Notes under the pieces: model-generated
The model's input: the letters and a program-made list of their open reading frames with translations, nothing else
Database searches by the model: none
What the model was told of the DNA's origin: nothing
Source: Octopus vulgaris
Taxonomy: Eukaryota
Direction of reading: 5' to 3'
Length of the DNA: 64,000 bases
Assembly (NCBI GenBank): GCA_951406725.2
Contig: OX597831.1
Coordinates: 992,001 to 1,056,000 of the forward strand
In this document: piece by piece, positions 38,917 through 51,667 of the stretch
Numbering within the stretch: position 1 is the first letter of the stretch
Layout: the number at the start of each line of letters is the position of its first letter
Program-made: the position numbers and the translations under genes

Positions 38917-40564
38917 TGTGTGTGTGTGTGTATATATATGTATGAATGTATGTATGTATGTATGTATGTATGCCACAGAACCTCACAAAGCTAGACACCA
39001 ATATTTAAGCATTATCTAAGCCTAATTAAATCACCTATAAAGAAAACCAAACAATAGCAATGTAAGTGATCTTCACAAACTGGCTGTGTGGTAAGTAGCT
39101 TGCTTACCAACCACATGGTTCCGGGTTCAGTCCCACTGTGTGGCACCTTGGGCAAGTATCTTCTACTATAAATTCGGGCCGACCAAAGCCTTGTAAGTGG
39201 ATTTGGTAGACAGAAACTGAAGGAAGCCCATCGTATATATGTATATACATAAATGTATGTGTATGTGTGTATATGTTTGTGTGTTTACGTTCCTGTAACT
39301 TAGCGGTTCGGCAAAAGAGAGCGGTTGAATAAGTACTAGGCTTACAAAGAATAAGTCCTGGGGTCGATTTGCTCGACTAGAGGCCAGCATGGCCACAGTC
39401 AAATGACTGAAACAAGTAAAAGAGTATACTTTCCACTTGACAAGAATGAAGGACAACTCAGAATAATGAGACAAAGATATAAGAAATTCACAACCAAGCA
39501 TAAACAAATGCATAGTATGTACGTGTTTCTATATGTGTATTTATGTATATCTTGTCTTGACATCATGTGAGAGTTGTAAATAAGCATCACCATGATACAA
39601 GTGAGGTTGTTTGTTCCCAATCTGCCTTGAAAACCATGTCTGGCCATGGGGAAAAGAATAATTTGCTTGGAAACAGGTGAGAGTTGGTGACAGGAAGGGC
39701 ATCCAACCATGGAAAATCTGACTCAACGAATTTCATCTGACCCATGCAAGCATGGAAAAATGGATGATGATGATGATGGTGATGATGATGATGATGATGA
39801 TGATGATAATTATGATAATTATGACACTGTTGATGATGTTCCACACACACACACAAATTTGGGTCTCTATATGTTTAGTGAGAATATGACCTCCACACCT
39901 GCAAAGCTCCTCTCTGTGACACCTGCCTGGACAATGTCCTTTTATAGGACACCAGCTGCTGCTCATGCATACATGTGTCCACTCTCCATGACAACGATGA
40001 TGACCAAGAAGAAATTAACCAACACAGCTTAGTCCCAGTCTCATTGCAGGCATTACTGTCAGAACACTAAAAGCCAAAACAGATACCACAAAGCATTTGT
40101 CTAATGCTCCAGCAATTCTATCAGTTCACCACTTTGGATTGGTGCTCTAAAAGAATGAAACACATCTGAACTATCAATGCAAAGAGCTGGAACAAATACC
40201 ATGGGATATTCTTATCGATGCTCCCACAACTTTACAAACTGGCTACCTTATATATACATAAATATATATTTATATTTATACATAAATATATACTTATATA
40301 TCAAAAATAATAGAAACATAGATACATATATAAGGGATATCGATATCTATCTATAAATATATATAATTATACACATGGATACAAAAGTATAACATATACT
40401 CATACACACACACACCAATCCACTGATAAAAAATTTTGGAAGAAACAATATTAAACATTTTAGATTTGTAAACACTTATATGAAATAATCAAAAGAGGAA
40501 GACCAAACCCAGTGATGGGAAACAGACCATGATCTCTTGTTTATCAATCAAACTACTACTACTT

Positions 40565-40596
<32 letters not shown>

Positions 40597-40597
40597 A

Positions 40598-40633
<36 letters not shown>

Positions 40634-40739
40634 TTTCTACTACCACTATTCCGGTGCTATACCAAATATGATTGATGTCTGTGGGTTTATTCTTCTCATA
40701 TGACTTCAAATTGATGTTTAGTAATATCTATCTATCTAT

Positions 40740-40792
<53 letters not shown>

Positions 40793-40929
40793 CAGACAAA
40801 CTAACACATGAGAGAGATATATTACACACAGTTTACTGTTAAGTACAAATTTATAATGCTAGACTAGATACATATGTATACATGCATACACAAATTCATA
40901 TGTACACACACATACACACACACGCACGC

Positions 40930-41715
40930 AACTATTCCCAAACCTGGACTTATAACATGTAACTAACCTGACTATACTGAATACCATGAAGTTATTCAAA
41001 CTACACTACATATCATGTAGCTGCTCTGAGCACCATAGACAGCATGTAGCTAATCTAACTACACTATACACCATATAACTAACAAAACCATCCTATGCAC
41101 CAGTGGCTCCCAACCTGTGGTCTGCAGATCCTCTGCGGACCCCTGGTGGTCTGCAAAGGTAATACTAAGAGTCCGTGAAGATGTTAAGCTGACAGGCCTT
41201 TCAATATCCTGGGGTCTGTGGGAAAACTCATTTAAATAAAAGGGATCCTTAATAGTGAAATGGTTGGGAACCACTGCTATACACCATGTAGCTAACCTAT
41301 CAACATTATAGACCATGTAGCTAACCTAACCACACCATGTATCATGTGGCTAACATATCTACACTTTAGACCATGTAGCTACCCTAACCACAATATATAC
41401 CATGTTGCTAATCTAACTACACTATATACCATGTAGTTAACTTAGGTATAATATATACCATGTAGCTACCCTAAACCATGCTACAAACCATGAGAGCAAG
41501 TAGCAAACCTAACCACATTATGCTATAAATCATGTAGCTAGCCCCAATTACAATATATACCATGTAGCTAACTTAACCACAGTATGCACAAGGTACTTAA
41601 CCTAACAAGATTATATACCATGTAGCTACACCTAATCACAATAAATATCATGTGGCTAACCTAACCACACTTTATACCATGTAGCTAATTCAATTACAAT
41701 ATCTATTCATGTAGC
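40930..41715. repeat. Degenerate minisatellite, about 29-31-bp unit ACCATGTAGCTAACCTAACCACACTATAT, about 20 copies
   Basis: CCATGTAGCTA recurs periodically; the array is interrupted by a MITE. Confidence 0.9.
41101..41276. mobile_element. hAT MITE (176 bp)
   Basis: TIR CAGTGG(C/T)TCCCAACC, 8-bp TSD CTATGCAC/CTATACAC. Confidence 0.9.
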
Positions 41716-42697
41716 TGTCCTGGAAACATGCAGTGATGTTGCCTTAACAACATAATTAAAATGAGGGCAGAGATATATTTCTAATAATATTGAGCAGAAG
41801 ATATTTGACTCTACATTAACTTAGTTAAGGGGCTTTGATGATAATGGAAAATGAAAGGGAGTGGAGAAATGCATGTGCATAGAGGCATGCATTTCTATAT
41901 GTGTGTGCATATGTAGGTATATATTTGTATATGAATGTGTGCATGTAAGCATGCATGTATGTATGTAAGTTTGTCCATACAGGTTGCTTTTGCATACATG
42001 CACATAAATGCATATGGCTGCATGTGTGCCTATTTAACTAGATTATGAATTTGTGTGTGTCTGCATGCGTATATGTACATATATACACTGTTGATGTTAC
42101 ATAGGTGGCTATAAACCTTTATCTCTCACAGGATTTTTTAACCCGGTATTACATGCTACTAATCCTAAGAATAATCTGGCGGTTGAGGGTTCAAGTTCCT
42201 CTACAGGCATACATTATCTTTTATTGGTGCAGGCATGGTTGCGTGCCAAAAAGTTTGCTTCCCAACCACATGGTTGCAGGTTCAATCGCACTGCACGGTA
42301 AATTGGGAAAGTGTCTTCTACTATAGCCTCAGGCCATCTAAAGCCTTGTGAGTGGATTTGGTAGACAGAAACTGAAAGAAGCCCATCATATAACATATAT
42401 ATATATATGTGGAGGCGCAATGGCCCAGTGGTTAGGGCAGTGGACTCGCAGTCGTAGGATCACGGTTTCGATTCCCAGACCAAGCACTGTGAGTGTTTAT
42501 TGAGTGAAGACAGCTAAAGCTCCATGAGGCTCCGGCAGGGGGTGGTGGCGATCTCTGTTGTACTCTTTTGCCACAACTTTCTCTCACTCTTTCTTCTGTT
42601 GGCCTGCTCGCTTAGCCAGTGGGGTGGCGTCATTTCAAAGCTAAAACAATGCGAAGCGCATTGTGACCAGCAATGTGTAGCAACATCTGATAGCCTG

Positions 42698-42757
<60 letters not shown>

Positions 42758-43051
42758 TATATATGTATATAAGGAGAATTCACAAAAAAATAAAAGACGA
42801 AGACAGGTGGTGTAGACAACAAACAGATGTATTAATATAATGTGTGGGAAGTGAAAAAGTCTTTAATGTTTCAAGCCTATGCTCTTCCACAGAAAGGAAC
42901 ACAGAAAGACACACAGAGAGAAAGTAAAGAATGTGTAGTGGCCAGCAATCTATCATGGCGATATATATGTATATATATAAATATACACACATATTTATAT
43001 ATATAGTTTTAAATCACGGAGCGAGAAATATATAGTAACAGTACTGAACAG

Positions 43052-43225
43052 TAAAGTCTATTTGCCAACATAATGTGGTAGTCCTACACAGGACGATGTT
43101 ACTACTTTTTTTACAGACACAGATCATGTGTTGGTTGCCAGCTGGAAAAGATGTTTTCCTAGGGCTAAAAAGCAGTAACATCGTCCTGCATAGGACTGCC
43201 ACATTATGTTGGCAAATAGACTTTA
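43052..43225. mobile_element. Foldback element or MITE with 59-bp inverted arms
   Basis: Arms 43052-43110 and 43167-43225 differ at 4 positions; termini TA-AAGTC...GACTT-TA. Confidence 0.8.
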
Positions 43226-43226
43226 A

Positions 43227-43263
<37 letters not shown>

Positions 43264-43479
43264 TGTATGTGTGTCATGGCATTTGTTTGTCCCCAACCAC
43301 TACATGACAACCAGTGTTGGTTTGTTTACGTCCCTGTACCTTAGTAGATTGGCAGACGTGACCCATATAATAAGTATCAGGCTTTAAAAAAAAAAGTATT
43401 GCGGTCAATTCATTTGACTAAAAATTTTCCAAAGCAGTACCCCAGCATAATGACAGTCTGATGATTGAAACAAATGAAA

Positions 43480-43520
<41 letters not shown>

Positions 43521-44124
43521 AATCCAAACGGGAAACAAAAAAACAACAACAATGGAACAATTACAGTAGTATCACAACAAAATGTTTCGTAACTTAAATC
43601 ATGCAAAGGTAATTTATATTATTATATTTAATAAAACCTGAACCATTCCAGTCTCCCCTGAACAATTGATCATATTGGAGTTATCACCCTTGATTTTTGT
43701 AGATTTTAAAGACTTGCTAGGGAAAGTGTATAGTCTGAGTTCATTGAAGTTTTTCAAGAAGCTCTATATGTAAGACCCAACTGTATTGATACAGAGAAGT
43801 ATATAAAAAAACAAATAAATAAAAAGACCAATAGATAGAGAGAAACACAAATAAATAGCTAGCTAACTAGCTAGGCAGAGAGACAGACAGACAGATAGAA
43901 GATAGATAGATAGATAGATAGATAAATAAAATAGATAGATAGATAGGCGCAGGAGTGGTTGTGTGGTAAGTAGCTTGCTTACCAACCACATGGTTCCGGA
44001 TTCAGTCCCACTGCATGACACCTTGGGCAAGTGTCTTCTACTATAGCCTTGGGCTGACCAAAGCCTTGTGAGTGGATTTGGTAGATGGAAACTGAAAGAA
44101 GCCCATCGTATATATGTATGTATG

Positions 44125-44156
<32 letters not shown>

Positions 44157-45363
44157 AGTGTGTATGTTTGCCTCCCCCCCCCCATCGCTTGACAACCGAT
44201 GGTGGTGTGTTTATGTCCGTGTAACTTAGCGGTTTGGCATAAGAGATTGATAGAATAAGTACTAGGCTTACAAAGAATAAGTCCTGGGGTCAATTTACTC
44301 GACTAAAGGTGGTGCTCCAGCATGGCCACAGTCAAATGACTAAAACAAGTAAAAAAAGAGAGATAGCTAGACAGACAGACAGACAGATAGATAGAAAGAT
44401 AGACAAAAAAATAGATAGACAGATACTTAGACAGAGAAATAAATAGAGAGAGAGAGACAGAGACAGAGAGAGTAAAGGAAATGCAGCTGTAAAATTAGAA
44501 TCTAAAACAAGATCTAAATGCAGCTTAAATAAAGTCCACTTACTTTCCTTTATATATATTTCCCCATCTCCTTCTTGACACCCAATAATCAATGCACTAT
44601 CAACCCTACGCTTCTCTCTATATACACCCAGTGCCTCTGATAAATGGATAGTAATTAATATAGAGCAAATGAAGCAAAGTGAATTAATGAAAATGTTTAA
44701 CAGTTTGATGAAGAAAAATAATGGAGTGACTGGCGCGTGGCTGTCGCAGTTGCACATGTATCTGCTGCATACATACTCGTGCATTCATGTATCAATCTAT
44801 AAATATATATAATACATATACAAATAGTATATCTATATAGAAATGGATATATACTCTTAAATGTGTGTGGGGGGTCATGTTTTACTCTTTTACTGGTTGG
44901 TTTGTGTCACTGAACTGCAACAATGCTGGGACACAATCTGGAAAAATTTTACCAGTCAAATCAATTCCAGTACTAAATTTATCAGTTTCTTTTTGTTGAA
45001 CAGCTAAGCTACATAAACATACCAACGCTGGTTGTCAAGTGGCTAGAGACAAAATACAAAGGCATGGAGACACACACCCAAGCAACAAGCTTCCACAGTT
45101 TCCATCTTGCAAATTTACACACAAGGCATTGGTGTTCTGGGACTACATTATAGATCAAGTGGCTAATGTAACCACACTATATACCATGTAGTTAATTTAA
45201 CTATAGTATGCACCATGTAGTTACCCTAAACCATGCTATAAACCATGGGAGTGGTTTAGTAAGAGTTACATACATTATATTTGAAACAGCTCAATTCAGC
45301 CCTGTGCACCTCTGTGCCCTCTGCCAAGGCTGACTTTGCCTGTCATCCCTTAGGGGGTCAATA

Positions 45364-45460
45364 AAGTTTCATAGGCTCCTTACAGAAACCTAGCCTGTCA
45401 GGCTCAAGTTGGCCACTTGAGCCTGATGAGCTAGATTTCTGTTAGGAATCAACAAAACTT
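45364..45460. other. 97-nt imperfect palindrome (long hairpin) interrupting a SINE-C core
   Basis: Arms of about 46 nt, innermost TCAGGCTCAAGT/ACTTGAGCCTGA perfect, loop TGGCC. Confidence 0.75.
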
Positions 45461-46252
45461 AATAATAATAATAGTTGCATGGGGCTAAATCAAATTGTTT
45501 TAAATAATGTCAATAATCCTTTCTACTAGAGGCATAAGACCTGAAATTTGGGAGAGGGGACTAGTCAATTTCATTGACTCCAGTGTTTCACTGGTACTCA
45601 ATTTAATGACTGCAAAAAGATGGAAGCCAAAGTTGACCTTGGCAGAATTTCATCTCAGAGCATAGCAATGGGCAACATACCACTAAGAGTTTCATCCAGT
45701 GTGCTAACAATTCTGCCAGCTCACTGCCTTTTTAAAAGTTGTCAGCAGACAGCCACAGGATGATGATGATGATGATGATGATAATAATAATAATAACAAT
45801 AGATGCTTTGATGCAATACCAGGCACTGGCTCTCATGGCTCCTGGTCTTAACTGATTGGAAGTGTTATCATGTACATGTTTTGTCTTGGTGTAAAAAAAG
45901 ATGTGCTACAGCAAATATTCTGCTCAATACCACAGATTTGCTTGTCAGTCGCTTGATTTTAACCAGTCGTGCATGTCCCTTGGTGACTGACGATATGTGC
46001 ATTTCTGATCACAAGCAGAAGTAGTGGGGGAGCATCATAGCCATGTGTTGAGAGGAATTCTTTGGGATTTGAATAATTCACCTCTGCAAACATGGGTGTT
46101 TCATTCAACATCCTTAAACAACTCTTTACCTCTTATGGATATGAAAAATTAGCAGGAGGGTCTTAGGTAGTGACCCACTACCTGCATAAATTTTAACAAG
46201 AATAAGAATGAACCTGAGGCAAATAATCAGCAATAACAATAATAATGATAAT

Positions 46253-46623
46253 AACAAGAGCACTCAGGGTGCAAACCTCTGCCAAGGAAACACCAACATC
46301 CCCTCATCGATTAGCCGGAAAGAATTTTTAAAACGAGAATATCTGAAATAAACTCGACTGCTCTCACAAATGAGAATACTAAAAATGAACCTAACTGCTC
46401 TCAAAAATTAAGTAAAAAATCGGAAAAATAATCCAGAATCCTTATCTGGTACCAGATCAATCCCAAAATCTAATCAGTTTGTGCCAGTCATGAGGTCAAA
46501 CATCCCTGAAAGTTTCATCCAAATCCATCCAGTGGTTCTTGAAATATCTTGTCCACAGACAAACAAAGAAACAAACAAACACGACTGAAAACAATACCTC
46601 CGCCTTAGCAAAGGCGGAGGTAA
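46253..46623. mobile_element. Helentron-associated (HINE/DINE-1-like) non-autonomous element
   Basis: Terminal 12-bp stem-loop TACCTCCGCCTT-AGCA-AAGGCGGAGGTA (46595-46622), matching subterminal ACCTCTGCCAAGG near 46274, (CAAA)n before the hairpin, no TSD. Confidence 0.7.
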
Positions 46624-47542
46624 CAATGGTTTCAAATTTTGGCACAAGGTCAACAATTTCGGAGGTGGGTGTAAGTCGATTACATCGACCCTTAGAGTTC
46701 AACTGATACTTATTTTACTGATAACAAAAAAATTAAATGCAAAGTTGACTTTAAAGGAATTTGAACACAGAACATGAAGATGGACGAAATACCTATTTCT
46801 TTATTACCCACAAGGGGCTAAACACAGAGGGAACAAACAAGGACAGACATAGGTATTAAGTCGATTACATCGACCCCAGTTCGTAACTGGTACTTAATTT
46901 ATCGACCCCGAAAGGATGAAAGGCAAAGTTGACCTCGGCGGAATTTGAACTCACAACGTAACGCAGATGAAATACCGCTAAGCATTTTGCCCGGCGTGCT
47001 AACGTTTCTGCCAGCTCGCCGGATGAAATATCACTGTGCATTTTGTATGTGTATGTGTGTGTGCATGTGAAAAAAGTACTGAGGTTCATTCGACTAAAAT
47101 TCTTCAAAGCAGTGCCCCAGCATGACTATAGTCTAATGAATGTAACAAATAAAAGATAATCACACACATGTGCATGTATGTGTGCGAATACATGTCTGCA
47201 TGTAAATATACATGTGTGTGTATGTGTGCGTGTGTGTGTTCACATACACTGAAACACATCGGCATTCAAATGATGCTAGGAGGCAGGACAGCAGTAGTGA
47301 TGTGTGCAGTGTACACAGATTATCTGCTGCAGCCATGACCAGCATTTACATCTGCACTTTGCTTTTGGCTGCACAATGTTAGTCATATGAATTGAGCAAT
47401 GACACATAACATTGGCAAGCACTCACACTTGTATATACACACATATACACACACACATGATATCAAGTGCTGCACAAACACTCTGCCTATCAGTCTATTT
47501 ATGTGTTACCAATGTCTCTCTTTCCATTCCTGTCTAATACAT

Positions 47543-47579
<37 letters not shown>

Positions 47580-47637
47580 ATCTTTTTCTCTGTTTCGGCA
47601 TGCATCTGTCTGTCTGACAGTCTACATTTTTTAATGC

Positions 47638-47703
<66 letters not shown>

Positions 47704-48008
47704 GACTCTTTTATTAATCTGAATGTCTGTATTTTATGTCTCTGTCTATCTATACGCTAGCATGGTAACTTATCTACTATGAGCCATTGATGGAACCTTT
47801 ACATGTTCATCTGATCTGTTAGAAACAACAGCCAAATCTCCTGAAACAGAATGCTAAAGAATAGGACAAATTACATAATGGAATACTCCAAGGGTACACC
47901 ATTACAGAAAAAAAAAGGGATAGTCATGGTTTTGGACTGAACAATAACAACAACAGCAATGTATCTGCCAGTCTTTTTATTGATTTATATATCTATCTAT
48001 TTGTCTAT

Positions 48009-49411
48009 GAATATATCTATATTTATGTCTTTACGTTCTGAGTTCAAATTCCACCGAGGTGGACTTTGCCTTTCATCCCTTAGGGGGTCAATAAATTAAG
48101 TACCAGTTGTGTTCTGGGGTCAATCTAATTGACTGGCCCCTTCCCCCAAAGTTTCAGGCCTTGTGCCTAGAGTAGGAAAGAATATATCTATATATATGTC
48201 TTTATGTTCTGAGTTCAAATTCTGCCGAGGTCGACTTTGCCTTTCATCCCTTAGGGGGTCGATAAATTAAGTACCAATTGCGTACTAGGGTCAATCTAAT
48301 TGACTGGCCCCTTCCCCCAAAGTTTCAGGCCTTGTACCTAGAGTAGGAAAGAATATATCTATATATATGTCTTTATGTTCTGAGTTCAAATTCTGCCGAG
48401 GTCGACTTTGCCTTTCATCCCCTTGGGGGGGGGGTCGATAAATTAAGTACCAATTGCGTACTAGGGTCAATCTAATTGACTGGCCCCTTCCCCCAAAGTT
48501 TCAGGCCTTGTACCTAGAGTAGGAAAGAATATATCTATATATATGTCTTTATGTTCTGAGTTCAAATTCTGCCGAGGTCGACTTTGCCTTTCATCCCCTT
48601 GGGGGGGGGTCGATAAATTAAGTACCAATTGCGTACTAGGGTCAATCTAATTGACTGGCCCCTTCCCCCAAAGTTTCAGGCCTTGTACCTAGAGTAGGAA
48701 AGAATATATCTATATATATGTCTTTATGTTCTGAGTTCAAATTCTGCCGAGGTCGACTTTGCCTTTCATCCCCTTGGGGGGGGGGGTCGATAAATTAAGT
48801 ACCAATTGCGTACTAGGGTCAATCTAATTGACTGGCCCCTTCCCCCAAAGTTTCAGGCCTTGTACCTAGAGTAGGAAAGAATATATCTATATATATGTCT
48901 TTATGTTCTGAGTTCAAATTCTGCCGAGGTCGACTTTGCCTTTCATCCCTTAGGGGGTCGATAAATTAAGTACCAATTGCGTACTAGGGTCAATCTAATT
49001 GACTGGCCCCTTCCCCCAAAGTTTCAGGCCTTGTACCTAGAGTAGGAAAGAATATATCTATATATATGTCTTTATGTTCTGAGTTCAAATTCTGCCGAGG
49101 TCGACTTTGCCTTTCATCCCCTTGGGGGGGGGGGGTCGATAAATTAAGTACCAATTGCGTACTAGGGTCAATCTAATTGACTGGCCCCTTCCCCCAAAGT
49201 TTCAGGCCTTGTGCCTAGAGTAGGAAAGAATATATCTATATATATGTCTTCATGTTCTGAGTTCAAATTCTGCCAAGGTCAACTTTGCCTTTCATCCCTT
49301 AGGGGCCAATAAATTAAGCACCAGATGCGTACTGGGGTTGATCTAATTGACTGGCCCCCTCCTCCAAAATTTCGGGCCTTGTGCCAAGAGTAGAAAAGAA
49401 TATATCTATAT
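48009..49411 (+). repeat. Tandem array of 8 headless SINE-C units (171-178 bp)
   Basis: Unit starts at about 48030, 48201, 48372, 48548, 48723, 48900, 49071 and 49249; GAATATATCTATAT bounds the array and separates every unit. Confidence 0.95.
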
Positions 49412-50764
49412 TCAGCTCATCTCTTTCTGGCCCTTTCATTCTTTCCTCTCTCTCTATTTTTCTCTTTGCCTTTCTTTTCTCACTCTATACTTCTCTTCTA
49501 TACTTTTGTTCTGTCCTTTTCTCATTACTCACAACTGTCTTTCTTACACAGACCCCATCAATTTCACACCCATAACACTCATCCCAACACCCATCCTTAG
49601 CGATGAACAATTCTTAGCAATAATTTACAGGTGAGGTTACATTAATTTATTTAATTTGCTTGTTTCCACGACCCCATTATAACACTTGAATAAGTACTGA
49701 ATATGCCCTGATTCATATTGATTTCTTTGGCAGGCTAAAGGCAATAAAGTTATACAGAAAGAGAAATGAGATTACGAGAAGATCAAGTCTTTTTCAATGG
49801 CATTAACACCCTGAACAAAGTGAAACAGCTATAAACAAGAATCAAACCCTGCGTTCAGACTTAAATTGCAGGCTATTATCATCTCTACAATAGTTGTACA
49901 GTGCTGTTGTTGTTGGTGGTGGTGTTATTGTTGTTGGTGTTGTTGTTGTTTAGCTTACATCAAACCTAATCAAGCAGAACTATGATCAAAGGCATTCCAG
50001 CCTTGACCAACCACCTTATCTTTTTAAGCATATCTAAGATTACATTGTTTAATGTGTCTCTTCTATTTTTTAAAGATGTGTTTGTTGACTTGAAAAAGAT
50101 TTAGATACTATTTCTAATAAGTCAAGCAACCATGTGGAGTCTCCCTCTAGACATTATGTATCATCAAAAGAAACATCAACTCAGTGTAACACTGAGGTTA
50201 AACAACGGGATCAAAGGAAACTAGTGGTGGTCTGCGTTGATAAACAGTGAATCCAGAAGGTGTGTAAAGTGGAATAAATTATTTTGTCATGAGTGAGAGA
50301 CAATGAATGTTTAGGGCAGGATTCTTTGGAGAGAAATTAAACGTTTTTACGTAAACAATCCACTTTTCTCTAATAGAAATCTCTGTCTAAAATGCTGGAG
50401 TTCTTTTCTTCACAGCCACATAATTTATTCTGCTGTGCAAACTCAATGTAACATTGATATTTACTTGCACAGAGGTATCTGGATTGATGTTTTTACAGCA
50501 CTGCTATTTCACCACTCGACCCTGAAATGATGAAAGGTAAAGTTGACCCCAGTAGGGGTTGGAATTCAGAGCACAAAGAGTTGGAACAAATACCATAATG
50601 CACTAAATATATGGATGTTGTTGAGAGAAAGTAGCCTATTGGTTGAGACGAGAGGTTGATAGATGTCATTGAGAGGATGTTTGTATCTCATGAAGTACGT
50701 TGTGTGAACACATGGATTTCATCTCTGCTGATGGTGGGTATTTGTCTGGTTGCATGATTCTAAA

Positions 50765-51115
50765 CAGTTTCCGGGAGATTATGCCATCAGGCATCTACGA
50801 TACTCTGAATGTCTTGCATCTCTGGGCATGGACACATTAAAGCACTAACGTCTGGCAACTGCTTTGGTAGATACCCACAAAATTATCCACCATCTTTCCA
50901 ACAACTTTGAGTACCTTTTTAAATTTCCTAAGCCTAACACTCATGGACATGCTTACAAAATCAGAAAACAGTATAGCATTCATGACTTTTGGAAACATTT
51001 TTTCATGCTCAGTATTACTGAAGCATGGAATAAAATACCTGCAACAGTTGTTAACTGTCAGGACACTACATCTTTCAGGACTTCCATACTTCCTAAAATT
51101 CGCCAATAGGACACC
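50765..51115 (+). mobile_element. CR1-like LINE 3' fragment
   Basis: THGHAYKIRKQ...KHFF..SITEAWNKIPATVV...TSFR matches the CR1 C-terminal TRGH..K.....R..FF..R....WN.LP..VV pattern. Confidence 0.75.
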
Positions 51116-51626
51116 TGACGTAACTTTTTTTTTATTACTCAAAGAACGACCCTTCATCAGTTGTCAGCTGTCTATCTACTCCTCATTTTGAGCATTCAAT
51201 GACAGTATGAGTTTTCAAAGATAGTTGCTCCCATGAATACCAAAATAAAATTTGGGATTTATGGAGGGTCAAAGTTGGAAACAAAAATATGACAGTGGAA
51301 ACATACAAGGAAACTGAATGTATACAAACATGGAGGGTCGTTAGACCAGAACAAGGGTAAAATAGCAAATGCTGGAGAAGTATTTTCTTTGAACAGAGAA
51401 AAGATAGAAGAGAGAGATAGAAGACATCCAGTCCTTTGGACATCCTGGAAGAAAAGAAAGATGGTCACGTGAGGAAAAGAAAGATGGACAATAGTCATGT
51501 GTAAACAACGAGAGAGAGAAAAAGAGAAAGAGGGGGAGAGAGAGAGAGAGAGCCGGATAGAAAACGGTGAAGGGGAGAAAAAGGAAATTAGAGAAGGATG
51601 GGGGAGAAAACTGTATAGAGTAGTCA

Positions 51627-51667
<41 letters not shown>

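Noticed and set aside
48009-49411. Retrozyme (hammerhead tandem repeat)
   Set aside because: The unit size fits, but no CUGANGA/GAAA core was found on either strand; the unit is SINE-C.
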